A stretch of DNA of 64,000 bases from Eledone cirrhosa (GCA_964016885.1 OZ024743.1:2542001-2606000), one strand, 5' to 3'. Positions 23,846 through 37,868 are shown, counted from the first letter of the stretch. The notes: generated from the sequence alone by a model not told the origin. Numbers and translations are program-made.

Positions 23846-26800
23846 GTTAGTATGGAAGTATCAGCTTGAATCAACTTGAGTCAGACAAACTAGGGGTGTA
23901 GGTGATCCGACCAAACAAAGCAGCACTTTGCTGTAAGCTCACCTGTCTCGCGTTGAAATCAGTTGAGCCAACATCCTGTCTTACCGTGTTACCTGACCAG
24001 CTTCTGGGGAAAAGAGGCAGTGTATGGCCCCACAGAAGCAAACCAAGGAGTGATTACCTTTCAGTTGTTGCAGTCGTGTGTGATTTTTGAGATCCACAGG
24101 TGTCCAAGAAAGATAACCATTCTTCATTCAAGTGTGGGTGGTTCAATTTTCACTTGTACCCTGCATGATGAAAATGTTTTGGAAAAAAAGGAAAAATAAA
24201 AATGCTTTTTAATATTTATAATGAAAGCAATTGCTGGGTATGTGTAGCTACTCCTACTACTATTGTTATTAGTACTACTACTACTACTAATAGGGAATGT
24301 TCTTCGTTTTTGTGTCACAATCAGCGTGTGGAAAATACCATTGAAGCATGGCCGCAGCTGAAAAGTGTGTGTGCGCTTTAGCTGAAACACCATGGTGCGA
24401 TGCTTGCTGTTTCATTGCAGTGAAGATTTTCTTGGTCTTCATCAAGGGGATCTATCAATTTGGTGTTTATCAGAGAATATCATATCATCTAGCTAGAATT
24501 TACACAAAGAATTCATTGCCAACCGACATCATTGGTATGAAGTACTTGGAAGATTTGTTTGAAAATCCATATTCCTCCTGCGATCGTCTTGGTAGGCTGC
24601 GATTTGATTCCACACCATAAAATTATTATGGAGTATTTACTAATAAATCTCTAACCAAACAAAATTTTCTCTCTAGAAATATTATTCGAATATTTTGAGG
24701 TTATTTATCAAGAAATGCTAATGTTGAAATAATTTCCACTGAGAAGCAGCAACTTATAACAGTTTCCTGAAGATGACGACAACAACAGAAATGTATACTC
24801 TTGCACCACCTTAGCCTTCTATTAATTAACCTGTTGATTTGAAGAATAGTTCTCCATGTCTACATCTCAAAGATGATTTAATTCCCAAATTACTGACATC
24901 TGACGAGAATCAACTAGAAGGATTGGAAACAGCGCTGGAATCGTGAATCAATGATTGAAATATTAAAGGGGAAATTTAGATGTGTATCAATATATATCTA
25001 TTTATGTATGTGTGTATATAAATATAGATACATTATATTTATATATATAGTATCATTTTATGTCTGCTTTCCATGCAGGCATGGGTTAGACAGATTGTCA
25101 CAGGCTGCGATCATATGGGTTGAAGTGACCTCATCTTGCTCATTCGAAAAAATGAAGAAAAGGCAAATGGCTGGTCAAAAAAGGAGTTTAGTTCGTAGGG
25201 AGTGGGTCTTTCTTTTTTTTTTTTCCTACTTAATTTTAGTTTGGGAATTTGTCAGGCCAGTCTACCAATAGAAAATGATTGAAAAGAAGGATATATCAAT
25301 AAAGAAATATCAGCATATATTTGACACTTCCAACCCATGCAGGCATGGAGAAACTGATGTGAAAAGGATGGTTATATTTGGAGCATCTCTCTCTCTTTTT
25401 CGTCATCTCATTGACGATGAAGCTTTCCAAAATCTACGGCTGTTATGCTATCTTGCATTTAAACCAAATGAGTATATCACAAGTACGAAGAATTCACCGA
25501 CGAGAAGTTGCACCAGATTATCGGAAACAAATTTATTTCAAATTAGGGATTCTCAAGACCCAATTGAAGGAAGTCAGATAGGCAAGTGGATGGAAGGAGC
25601 AAAATATAAGCCCTACAGCAATCTATTCACATCATACAGATCAAAGATGGCATGCCTTTATGGTGAAGACTAAAAGAAAGTCTATGGATAGAGAAATTAG
25701 ATCTTTCAGCATACATTGTTCAGAAATGCTTCGATAAAAGAGGAAAACATTTCTAAAACAGGAGGAAAACATCCAGCATAACTTGAAAAATGCTGTATTA
25801 AGTAAATAAATCTCAAAAATAAAGTAGGGTTAAAACCACCACATATGCCACAGGGCTATTTTCTTTCACCTTTTTTAAAATATATATACACATATATATA
25901 TTGCCATTTTTATATATATATATTTATATATATGTATATATATATATATTGCTATAAGTTTATTTCTAAATATAATATTTAAAATTCCTCAGAAATATGC
26001 AATTTGGCCGTTGCCATTCTAGTCAAGCAAACTTTTTGAGGCTCATCTTTATCTATGGAAAATTTCACTATTAATCGGAATCTTCACATTTAAGTATCGT
26101 TCCACACTGGATTGCTATTGAAAAAAAAAAAAAAGGATCATTTGAGCCAGAGATGTAACCACCACAAACTGTTAACTAGTGTCAGAAGCTAGTCTTAATC
26201 CAAATGCTATTGACATTTTTCCCCATTTAAAATTAGTCATATTTTAAAAGTAATGGCAAGCAAGGTTATATGAAGTGGTACCAAGGATTTACCATTTTTC
26301 ACATCAACGTAAACACCAAGTTCTGGTTGCTGAAATTTATTTGGGTGATGAAGGTTCGTGGACTAAAATATTTTCTGAAAGGTAGGTGTTTATATTGGCT
26401 TATGTCTTTTCATTTGTTCCCATAATTAGTGTTTGCCAACCTTAATTTCATTCCACTACTCTAGCAGTTTTGTATCTCTTTCATTAGAAGAATTGTTCTA
26501 TGTTGGACAACACATAATGAAAAGACTAATCAATTATATAAATCATTTGTGTTTCATATTGACTATGCATGACAGCTCAATTCCATTAATGAAAACATTT
26601 TCATTATTGATTTTAAACTGTTCTTTATTCCTTCAACAAATTGCTTTTTATACACTATCATTTGACTTTTATTTGTTTTCAACTAATTTGTTTTTTTTTA
26701 TTTCTTTTCTTTTGTATCTGGATTTTTGTCATTGTTTTAAAATTTTTATTTCCACAATCTTGGTACCTTGAAATCTGGACAGATTACATTTTGAATGTCA

Positions 26801-27100
26801 TGTTTTGTCTTCAAGATTATGAAAAATTATCTTTCAGATATTGTTCTCATATATGTGTGTGCGGTTCAAGATTAAAAAAGAAAAACATAGACATATAATT
26901 ACACTTATGTCTAATTAGCTTCATGCTTGTTGGAAAAGGAATGCCTTAATATATCAGACATTAATCCTTCATCAAGAAAAAAGAGATTAGAAGGTTGAAG
27001 AAAAAAATAATTGTGTATTGGGATGGGTGAGATAGGCAGGCAAATAGTCAGATAGAGATATCATTTTAACATTTTCAAAAATATACGTTAAATTGATACC

Positions 27101-27179
27101 TCTCTCTCTCTCTCTCTCGTGCTCTCGCTCTCTCTCTCTCTCTCTCGTGCTCTCGCTCTCTCTCTCTCTCTCTCTCGTG

Positions 27180-27219
<40 letters not shown>

Positions 27220-27247
27220 CTATCTCTCTCTCTCCCTCTCTCTCTCC
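27101..27247. repeat. (CT)n microsatellite
   Basis: Seen directly. Confidence 0.97.
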
Positions 27248-27249
27248 CT

Positions 27250-28073
27250 GGTGGAGGGTGCTCTGAAAGTACAGTAGCCAGAGTCAGAACGGGATGGAAA
27301 AAGTTCAGAGAGCTTATATCACTATTGGCCACTAGAGGTTTCTCTCTAAAAATGAAAGGCAGATTGTATGATGCTTGTATACGAACAGCAATGTTACATG
27401 GCAGTGAGACATGGGCTTTGTGTGCAGGCTGGAGAGGAACGAAGCATCCATGCTCCATTGGATGTGTAAATAGTAATATATGCGAATGGCAAAGCATAAA
27501 TGAACTAAGAGGGATCAGATGCTGTTTACTCGAGAGAAGACTATGTTCGTATGGTCACGTGATGTGCATGAAAGACGACAGTTGTATAAAAAAGTGCAGG
27601 GCGATCAAAATTGATGGAAGTTACGGCGTCGGTAGACCCAGAAAAACCTGGGACGATTTGATAAATTCCAACGTTACACACTTACACCTCTCTAAGACAA
27701 TGTCACTGGACCGAGATCTTTGGCGCTACGCAGTAATACAGAAGACCTGCCTTGCCTATGTACAAAGCAAAACCTACAGTGAGTAGGCACCTCTTAACCA
27801 AATATAGACCCCACTCCCACCAACACCACCCTTTCTCCGTAAAGTTATGTTGGTACCACAACATCCAATCCAAAATAAATGAGGTCGTGTAGGTGTCACG
27901 ACAAAAAAAAAAAACAGTCCACGCTGTAATGTGGTTGGTGTTAGGAAGGGCATCCAGTCGTAGAAAACCTGCCAGATAGTCCTATACGAGCGAGACATGG
28001 TCACCCGACCAATCTTGCCTCAAGTGGGACAATTCCCGTCTAAACCCATGCTAGCGTGGAAGATGATGATGAT
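27250..28073 (+). mobile_element. RTE family A 3' fragment, degenerate
   Basis: GWKKFREL...LHGSETW...; 3' UTR and (GAT)n tail. Confidence 0.9.
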
Positions 28074-28445
28074 ATATATTTGTACTTATATTCAGTGATC
28101 CCATCTGATATCAGGTGACAGTTATCTTCCACCCCTTGTGATTCTAACTTAGACTCACAGTATCACATTGAGTTCTGAATATGGTTTATACCTGCATTAA
28201 TTGCAATCAAACCAACAGATATATATATTTATTACCTGATGACAACAACCCAGCTATAAATTTTGAGTAATGCCATTTTGGCTTCTCAATTATAAACTAT
28301 ATGTATGCATGCACACACACTTTAAATGGATTATGAAATGTTATAGCAATGATTAAATGTTTATGTCATTCAAGGCCAACAAACTGATAAACAAATATTT
28401 GAATTATATTATAGATGAAATCTTTGTAAAAAAACATCTCTACAT

Positions 28446-28662
28446 TACTATTCTTAGCTACTATAGCTCTATCTGTAGTACTATTCTTAGCTACTATAGC
28501 TCTATCTGTAGTACTATTCTTAGCCTCTATAGTACTATTAATCTCTAAAGCTCTACCCACAGTACTATTCTTAGCCTCTATAACTCTATCTACAGTACTA
28601 TTAGCTTCTATAGCTCTTTCTACAGTCAGTGCTATCTTTAGCTTTTATACCTCTATCTACAA
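28446..28662. repeat. 33-bp minisatellite (tactattcttagctactatagctctatctgtag), degenerate
   Basis: Direct tandem copies. Confidence 0.85.
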
Positions 28663-28722
28663 ATTATTCTGTCTGACTCTACAATTGTCTTCTAATTCTT
28701 CTCCAAAGGTTTTAATACTCCT

Positions 28723-29900
28723 ATCATCATCACCGTTTTACGTCCGTTCTTCCACGCTAGCATGGGTTAGACGGGTTGTCCTGTTGTGGGCAGTGTCTGG
28801 TCGGCTGACCATGCCTTGCTCATACAGGAACTGATCTGGCTTGATTTCTACAGCTGGATGCCCTTCCTAACACCAACCTCATTTACAGTGAGTGCTGGGT
28901 GCTTTTTCGTGGCGCCTACACGTCCACTTTACAGTGTGGGCTGGGTGCTTTTTTGCCGTGGCACCTCCACGACCACCTTGCGGTGGGGGGGGGGGGCATA
29001 TTGTTTATATGCTTCAGCATGTACCCATGGGAGGTCGGGTACCCTGTATTACTGCGTGACGCCAGAAGTCACGGTCGTGTGTCATTGACTTTGAGAGGTG
29101 TAGTTGGGTAAGGTCGGCTTTTATCACCTCATCCCAAGTCATCTTGGGTCTCCCCACTCCGCGGTTTCCATCAACTTCTAGTGCTCTGCACCTTTTTATG
29201 CAGCTGTCATCCTTCATACGCATCACATGTCCATACCAGCGTAACCGCCTCTCCTGCACGCAGCATTTGATTCCTCTTATGCTCAGTCTCTCTCTCAATT
29301 CATTTATGCTTTGTCGTTCACGTATATTACTGTTACACATCCATCGGAGCATGCAGGCTTCGTTTCTCTCTAATCTACGTAAGTCTTCCACCTTCAGCGC
29401 CCAGGTCTCACTACCATGCAACATCGCTGTTCGGATACACGCATCATACAGTCTGCCTTTCATTCTGAGGGAGAAGCCTTTTGCAGCTAGCAGTGGTAGT
29501 AGTTCCCTAAACTTCTTCCATCCCGTTCTTACCCTAGTTATTGTACTTTCTGAGCACCCACCTCCGTTGCTAATTCGGTCACCTAGGTAGCAGAAGCTGT
29601 CTACTGTTTCTACAGGGCCCTCCCAGAGATTGGTGGTACTTGTTTCCTGTGGCTGTTTGCTTGCTGTTTCAGCACAGCTGCTGCATGTGAATCCTACATT
29701 CTTAATTAAGCTTCCTGAGATCCCGCTACATCTCTTGTGTACCCATTGTTTGCATTTGGGGCAAAGAATGGAGTTCCTACCTACACCTTTCCTACATACT
29801 GAGCAAGGCCATTTCCCTGAGGGGATCTGGGTTCTGTTTTCTCGTCTACTTATAAGGACCTTAGTCTTTGTCATGTTGACTTTGAGGCCCTTTCTCTCTA
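28723..29900 (-). mobile_element. RTE family B 3' fragment with an uninterrupted ORF
   Basis: ORF 29014-29874. The 3' UTR is nearly identical to that of 40432-40898. Confidence 0.93.
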
Positions 29901-30492
29901 TCCAGTCAGTTATTATAACTCATTACTCCATAGCTTAACATGAAGGGTAATCAGAATGAAGAGTATTGCTTATTGTTAGTTTGATATTTATTACCTGTGT
30001 ATGCCCTGGTGTTGAAAAATAGTAGTATTGGTGCTACAATAAAATGCATCTAGTCCACTCTGTAAAGTAGTAGTGCTTGTGCCATGATAAAATACATCCA
30101 CTTCCCTCTGTAAGATGGTAGTGCTGGTGCCATGATAAAATTCAGTGGTTTTCATTATCACCATTTTTGTGTTAGTTTTTCTATGTTGACATAAATTGAA
30201 CAGGTCGACTCCTATATATTTTTATTGTGAAGATGTAGGAGAGAAGACTCAGTTGCGAAATATGATGCTATGATGATATATTTAAAAAATATATATATAT
30301 ATGTGTAGATAAATCTACCAAAATGTATGGTAGTGTCCAATCCGTATGAAGAACTCAATGTAATCCGAATATCATGAAAAGAGATGTATTCAAAAAAATT
30401 TTTAGATGAAAAACACAGGAAAACAGAGTCAAGATAAATTAATAAAAATAATGAATAAAAACAAAGAAACAGTTCCTTATATTAAAAAATTC

Positions 30493-30626
30493 ATCATTTT
30501 ACGATCGTTTCTAGGATATATATGTGTGTGTTGGTATGTATATCATATAGATCTATGTAAAATTTTTACAAACTATCAGAGGGTATATACATACCTACAC
30601 ATATATATGCTGTCTTCAGAAATAAT
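30493..30626 (-). ncRNA. Type I hammerhead ribozyme motif, mirror copy in the left palindrome arm
   Basis: Reverse complement of 30628-30761. Confidence 0.65.
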
Positions 30627-30627
30627 G

Positions 30628-30761
30628 ATTATTTCTGAAGACAGCATATATATGTGTAGGTATGTATATACCCTCTGATAGTTTGTAAAAATTTTACATA
30701 GATCTATATGATATACATACCAACACACACATATATATCCTAGAAACGATCGTAAAATGAT
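30628..30761 (+). ncRNA. Minimal type I hammerhead ribozyme motif with a long helix II
   Basis: attattt-CTGAAGA-[cagcatatatatgtgt...acacatatatatccta]-GAAA-C-gatc-GTA-aaatgat. 7-bp helix I and palindromic loop III. Confidence 0.65.
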
Positions 30762-30886
30762 GAATTTTTTAATATAAGGAACTGTTTCTTTGTTTTTATT
30801 CATTATTTTTATTAATTTATATATATATATATATATATATATTAATTCAAAATATTAACAAAAATAGACATTCTTGTGATCAAGTA

Positions 30887-30953
30887 TATTTTATTATACA
30901 TATTTCAGAGGTACTGAGCTAACTTCAACAGTACGTCCTCATCAGATAAAATA
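30887..30953 (-). ncRNA. Minimal type I hammerhead ribozyme motif
   Basis: Minus strand: tattttat-CTGATGA-ggacgtactg-ttgaagttagct-cagtacctct-GAAA-T-atgt-ATA-ataaaata. Perfect 8-bp helix I. Confidence 0.8.
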
Positions 30954-31164
30954 AGATGATGCATGACATACCCTGACATAGTAGGTGGTTAAGGTTCAGT
31001 CATGGTAGTGAGTAAGATATGCAAAACTCAATATTTATATACCTTAAGATTGAGACTTGAAAAAACTTACATATATTACAGAGGGTGCGCGTGAGAAAGC
31101 TTAAAAATAACAGCAATTTACATAACTGTTGGAGATTCAAATAATTTAAATTATTGAAGAAAGA

Positions 31165-34100
31165 AAGTGGCGGCCTAGGAGTTGTTCGAGTTCTTTCGCG
31201 ACTGTCAGCATACTACTTCGCCCCCCAGCAATCCATTATTTTGCTGGTATCATGCCACCTTTGCGGATAAGGCAAAACATTGCCGGCCTCCATGTAAATA
31301 TTCAGCTTTGGGAAATGTAGGTCAGAGTCACTAAAGGCGGCAAGTGAACTCTACGAGATACAACAGAACCGCCATTTCTTCATAGAGGACCTCCTGTCTG
31401 GAAGAGCCTTCCTCGTAGACATAGGAGCTTCGTGCAGTATTTGGCCTGTCAATTGTATGACAGTAACTCCTCCTGAGTCATCAATGAATCTACAAGCTGT
31501 CAATCATTCGCCGATACGGACTTTTGGACAAATCTCGCTTCCTCTGCAATTCAGAAATCTTCGAGAATTCAAATGGATTTTTATGGTTGCCGACCTATCA
31601 TATCCGATCTTGGGAGCGGATTTTCTACACCATTTTGCATTGACGGTGGACGTCCCTGGCCGATGCCTAGTAGACGACATTACTGGTTTTTCTCTTTGTT
31701 TCCAACAGTTACCCCAACCTTTTTCATCGCTAATGCTGGGAAACCCTATCATTCATTGTTGAATTCTTTCCCACAGCTTACTCAGGGAAATTTTCGAGTT
31801 GTCGAACCGACTCACACAACGGAGCATTTTATCTCTACAACTGGCGCCCCAGTGTTCTCATGTCCTCGTTGCTTGCCTGCAGACAAATTGAAGGCAGCAC
31901 GGTCCGAGTTCGACTACATGCTGCAGCTAGGCATAATTCGCCCTTCTACGAGCCCTTGGGCTTCTCCGTTGAACATGGTACTCAAGACTTCTGGCGACTG
32001 GAGACCCACTGGGGATTATAGGAAGTTAAATGCTATAACTGTCCCGGATATATATCCTATTCCACACCTGCAAGATTTTGCATCGTCATTGCAGGGATGT
32101 AAAATAGTCTCGAAGCTCAATTTGGTGCGAGCCTATCATCAGATTCCTGTCAAGAAAGAAGATATTCCGAAAACGGCCATTACGACTCCATTTGGATCAT
32201 TCGAATTTCTTACCATGCCTTTTGGACTTAGGGATGCTGCTAGCACCTTTCAACAGTTCATGGATGAGGTCACTCGTGGTTTAGACTTCGTCTACACTTA
32301 TATTGATGATCTGCTTATTGCTAGTTCCTCCAGAGAACACATACGTCATTTGAATCTTTTTTGTTTTGTCGACTCAAGGATTACAGTGTTCAAATAAATA
32401 CCACAAAATGTGTTTTCGGTGCGGAATCGCTGAATTTTTTAGGTCATGTCATTGACTCCAAGAGTATTCGATCCCTCCCTCTACGAGTTCAGGCTATAGA
32501 GGATTTGCCTCCGCCGACCTCACTTCGTCAGTTGCAACAATTCCTAGGACTGATAAATTTCTATAGACGTTTTGTTCCGCATTGTGCTAATCTACTCTTC
32601 TCTCTTACTGAGATTCTGAAAAATTACCGCAAGAAAAACAAGGAAATCTCTTTGACTCAGACTCAGATCGAGGATTTTCAAAAGACCAAATCAGCATTGG
32701 CTAGTGCGTCTTTGTTGGCCCACCCAGTGTCCAATGCCAAGTTTTCGCTTTGTGTTGATGCGTCGGATACTGCAGTGGGTGCAGTCTTACAACAGAGTAG
32801 TGACGATCACCAACAACCATTGGAATTTTTCTCCAGAAGTAGAAGCCTGCATAAACTCGCTACAGCACCTTTGCCCAGGAGCTGTTAGCCATCTACCTTT
32901 CCGTGAAACATTTTTCACATATGCTCGAAGGAAGGTGTTTTACAATCTATACTGACCATAAACCTTTGACCTTCGCTTTAAGGGCAAAGTCCGACAAGTA
33001 CTCGCCCAGAGAAACAAGGCATCTCGACTTTATCTCGCAATTCACAAACGACTTCCAACACATTCCAGGCTCATTGAACACGCCCTGTTTCGATTGCCGA
33101 TCAGTTCAATTGCGTCATCCCACAACATCGATTTAAATCACTTGGCAGCAGACCAACCTGCACTGGAATCGTTGGATATTACATCAGCCGAATTTGCAAC
33201 GAGTAATTTGAAATACCTACCATTGCCCACCGCAGATGGACAGATTCTCTGCGACGTTTCCGTGGATTCACCGAGACCGTTTGTCCCGCTAAACCATCGT
33301 CGTACTGTGTTTCTTGCTTTACACAGCATTTCCCACCCAGGATCTTTTGCCACAGTAAAGCTCATAACAGCCAGATTCTTCTGGCCAAATATGAGGCACG
33401 ATGTTACTGCTTGGTGCCGTTCCTGCATCGCTTGCCAGAAATTGAAAATCCATAAACACGTTAAGGCTCCGCTCGGTACGTTCAGTACACCGGACGCCCG
33501 TTTCCGGCACATTCATGTGGACATTGTGGGACCTTGGCAAGTCAGTGGTGGTCATACATATCTATTGACTGTTATTGATCGTTTTTCGCGATGGCCTGAA
33601 GCCATCTCCTTGAAAGACATCACTGCTGAAACGACAGCGCGTGCTCTAGTATCAGGATGGATTGCCCGCTTTGGAGTGTCAACCATGATTACAACGAACC
33701 GTGGAAGACGGTTTGAATCGAATCTCTTCCATGAATTAACGAAAATCATCGGCGCTAAATGCATCCGAACGACTGCATATCATCCTGCCTCTAATGGAAT
33801 GGGGGAGCGTTTCCACTGACAACTAAAAGCCGCTCTATGGACTTCTCCTGACTCTACGCGCTGGAGCGAGTACCTCCCTATTGTGTTGTTGGGGATTCGG
33901 TCAACAATAAAGGAGGACCTTGGGTTCTCCCCGGCTGAATTGTTATATGGTGCTCCTCTAGCGTTACCTGGGCAAATGCTTGCCCCTGTCGAACTTGCTG
34001 AACAAGATCCGCTTTCCTACGTATCCCATCTGCGTTCCTATTTTCAGGACCTGCTGCTGATGGATACGAGGAAGCAAACTGTAAAATCTGCAGTCCCGAG

Positions 34101-34881
34101 GGATATTGCCTCGTGGACCCATGTGTTTCTGAGAAACAATGCCGTGAAACCACCTCTCACACAACCATACTCTGGACCCTACCGTGTAGTAGCTCGTTCC
34201 GAGAAACATTTTACTGTAGACATTAAGGGTTCCAGAGAGACGGTTTCGATTGAGAGACTCAAACGAGCACATTTGGACACAGATGCTATCGCACCTGAGC
34301 CACAAACGCCCCCATCTTTTTCTTTCGCACACACACCTGCCTCTTCGTCCCCCCCTATCAAAAAGATATAAGACTACGACCCATTCCAGTCGGAGGGTTC
34401 ATTGGCCAAAAAAACTGTGTAGCACGGTATATTTTTAAACTGTTATTGTGCGGTGCTTTAATCCTGTAGTGACTATTGGAACTTTTAGGAAATTGTATTT
34501 ACATTTTATTACATTTGTTTTTTCCTTTCACGTTCTTGCATGCTTGTTTAATATGTATTTCTGAAATTTGTTGTGCCCTTCATGCTCGGTTGGGCTGATT
34601 GCTCCTTGGTTTGGGATTTTTGCTGGTTGCTAATCGGTTTTTCTACATACATGATTCGGCGAACCGATTTTTATTTAATTTTCTAAAAATCTGGTGGGTG
34701 ACCATGTAGAAGATCACGCCATCTAGCGTCGACTTTGAAGGCAGTCGTTTAACTGCCCTTAGTTCTGACGTCAGTAGCTGAAATAATGGCTTTTGAACGG
34801 TGATACCTCGGAGGGAATAGACGTGTTTCCACACAGTGACCCAAATAGCAATATCACACCATGCGGTCGCTGCATAATACA
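31165..34881 (+). mobile_element. Ty3/Gypsy LTR retrotransposon, 5'-truncated and frameshifted (gag end, PR, RT, RNase H, IN, 3' LTR)
   Basis: Gag knuckle CWYH..F...A..C.PPC; protease FLVDIGAS; RT YIDD; RNase H DAS and TDHKPL; integrase HH-CC and GPY motifs. Confidence 0.93.
34705..34881 (+). repeat. Putative 3' LTR of the Gypsy element
   Basis: TGTA...TACA termini after a degenerate PPT (ctggtgggtgacca). No 5' LTR is available for comparison. Confidence 0.5.
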
Positions 34882-35113
34882 ATTATTGACAATTACCCAA
34901 CCTAGGAGCACTGATGTATTTAATTATATTATTTAATTGCTCTAATTAAAATGTTCACATAACATAATATTGAGGTATGTTCCTTCTTCCTTGTTTGACC
35001 ATGTGCCACTATATTAAATCCAATTAGACGGGATGTCTGACCACCCCGCCTAAATATGTATATATATATATATATGTATATATATGTATATATATATATA
35101 TATATATATGTAT

Positions 35114-37868
35114 CCAGGTAGATTATATCCTTACCAGGAGACGTGACAGAGTGTCTGTTGTAAACACTAAATCCCTTCCTCATGAAGAATGCACGTCTCA
35201 ACATAGACTCATAATCAGCGACCTCAAAGTCAGGACGAGACGTATTCGACAACAGAAGAGGACTATCCTCAGGAGAAAAATATGGAAATTAAAGGACCCC
35301 ACAGCCAGTCATAAATTTAAAAGCATATTACTTGATGCTTTCGACAGTAAGGAAGAGCAATTAGAGTCGTACAATATAGAGGAACAGTGGGAATTCCTGA
35401 AAGCTAACCTGCTGAAGGCGACAGATGAAACCTGTAGCTGGAGCAGGCCTATAGGCAGGAGGAGAGTAACTTGGTGGTGGAACAGTAAGGTGGAGAGGTC
35501 AATCAAGGCCAAAAAGCAGGCTTGGAAAGCATGGCAGGATGGGGGAAGTAGAGAAGACTATCAAGTGGCCAGGAGGGAAGCTAGGAGACAAGTGTACTTC
35601 GCAAGAAGGGAAGCAGAGGAAAGAAAGTTCAAGCATGTTCTACAACGCGAGGACCAAAAATGTGAGGTGTTCAGGATTGCTACACAATGTGTCAAGGAAA
35701 ACAGTGATATTGTCAGGGAGAAGTGTGTCCTAAATGATGATGGTGTACTTGCCATCACTGACGCTGATAAGAAGGTAGCTTGGATGTGTCACTACGAAAG
35801 GCTACTAAATGAGGAGAATAATTGGGAGAAAGACGGTCTCCCCCACATCGACCCAATAGAGGGACCAGCAGTGCAAGTTGAAGGTAGTATAATAAGTAAG
35901 GCGATCAAATACATGAAGACGGGCAAGGCGGCCGGGCCTTCGGAAATAGTTGCCGAAATGCTGAAAGCATCTGGAACGGTGGGACACACTAAGGTCACCC
36001 GGATAGTAAACCAAGTCATACAGATGGGGTCGTTCCGAAGGACTGGCGCAGCAGCATCATCATTAACTGCTACAAGGGTAAAGCTGATGCCCTAGATAGG
36101 GGAAACTATAGAGGCATTAAATTAATTGACCAGGTCATGAAGGTCACAGAAAAAGTAATAGCGCAAATAATCAGAGAGAGAATTGATCTCGACGAAATGC
36201 AGTTCGGCTTTGTGTCAGGTAAAAGTACAACAGACGCTCTTTTCATTGTACGACAACTACAGGAGAAGTACCTAGCTAAAGGTAAACCCCTATACTTAGC
36301 TTTTGTTGACTTGGAGAAAGCCTTTGACAGAGTACCCCGCACGATTATCTGGTGGGCCCTTAGAAAACTAGGTGTTGATGAATGGCTTGTGAGAGCTCTA
36401 CAAGCCATGTATAAAGAAACAGCCAGCAAGGTTAGAATTAACAACGAATAGAGTGAAGAGTTTAGTGTAAAAGTTGGTGTTCATCAGGGCTCCGTCCTTA
36501 GCCCCCTACTATTTATTATTGCTCTTCAGGCTATAACAGAGGAGTTCAAGACCGGCTGCCCATGGGAACTCCTATACGCAGATGATCTAACGCTCATAGC
36601 TGAATCAATGGCTGAACTAGAGAAGAAATTCCAAACATGGAAGCATGGCCTAGAATCAAAAGGCCTTAAAGTTAACTTGTCTAAGACTAAAGTTCTGGGA
36701 AATGGCCATGCTCAGTGTGTAGGAAAAGAGTAGGTAGAAACTCCATTTTATGTCCCAAATGCAAAGTATGGGTACATAAAAGATGTAGTGGGATCACGGG
36801 TAAACTATCTAAGAATATAGATTTTATATGTGGCCGGTGCTCTGGTGCAGTAAGTAGCAGCAAGTGCCCACAGAATACTAACTCGATCCATTGCACAGAT
36901 GGTTCTATAGAAATAGTGGACAGCTTCCGTTACCTGGGTGATAAAATCATCAGTGGGGGAGGGTGCTCTGAAAGTACAGTAGCTAGGGTCAGAACGGGAT
37001 AGAAAAAGTTCAGAGAGCTTATACCACTATTGGCCGCTAAAGGGTTCTCTCTAAAAATGAAGGGCAGGCTGTATGATGCCTGCATACGAACAGCAATGTT
37101 ACATGGCAGTGAGACCTGGGCATTGTGTGCAGAGGATATATGCAGACTGGAGAGAAACGAAGCTTGCATGCTCCGCTGGATGTGTAATAGTAACATACGT
37201 GAACGGCAAAGCATAAACGTACTAAGGGAGAAATTAGAAATAAGAGGGATCAGATGTTGTTTGCTCGAGAGAAGACTACGTTGGTATGGCCACGTGATGC
37301 GCATGAAAGACGACAGCTGTATAAAAAAGTGCAGGGCAATAAAAATAGACGGTAGCCACGGAGTAGGCAGACCCAGAAAAAGCTGGGACGACTTGATAAA
37401 TTCCGACCTCACACACACCTCTCCAAGGCAATGTCACTGGACCGAGAGCTTTGGCGTTACATAGTAATAGAGAAGACCCGCCTTACCTAAGTACAAAGTG
37501 AAACCTACAGTCAGTAGGCACCTCTAACAAAATACACCCCGTCCCACTACCCCCACCCCATCCACACCACCCCTTCAAGGTAAAGTTATGTTGGTACCAC
37601 AACATCCAGGCCGAAACAAATGAGGTCGTGCAGGGGGTCACGACAAAAAAACGCAGTCCACGCTGTAATGTGGCCGTGTAGGCAACACGGTAAAAACCTC
37701 CCAGTTCCACACTGTAAATGTGGTTGGTGTTAGGAAGGGCATCCAGCCGTAGAAAACCCGCCAGACAGCCCTATGCGAGCAAGACAACCACTCTTGCCTC
37801 AAGTGGAAAACCCCTGTCCAAACCCATGCAAGCGTGGATTATGGACGTTAAACGATGATGATGATGAT
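35114..37868 (+). mobile_element. RTE family A, 5'-truncated, several disablements
   Basis: End of the endonuclease, RT, C4HC3 finger, 3' UTR and (GAT)n tail; TA repeats on both sides. Confidence 0.94.

Larger units (their letters stand above)
30434..30820. repeat. Near-perfect palindrome, 193-bp arms with a 1-nt spacer (30627)
   Basis: Arms read as reverse complements, and the ORF track gives the same peptide on both strands. Confidence 0.96.

Noticed and set aside
24760-24945. CTGAAGA...GAAA and CTGACGA...GAAAC motifs
   Set aside because: Weak helix II, and no helix I or valid cleavage triplet.
24348-25673. ORFs 24348-24620 and 25275-25673 as further exons or a gene
   Set aside because: No recognisable domain and no phase-compatible splice pair that I can support.
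25945-26005. Minus-strand CTGAGGA...GAAA hammerhead-like motif
   Set aside because: Helices I and II are out of register with the core; likely chance in AT-rich sequence.
30406-30803. Identical small ORFs on both strands
   Set aside because: A consequence of the palindrome; low-complexity peptide.
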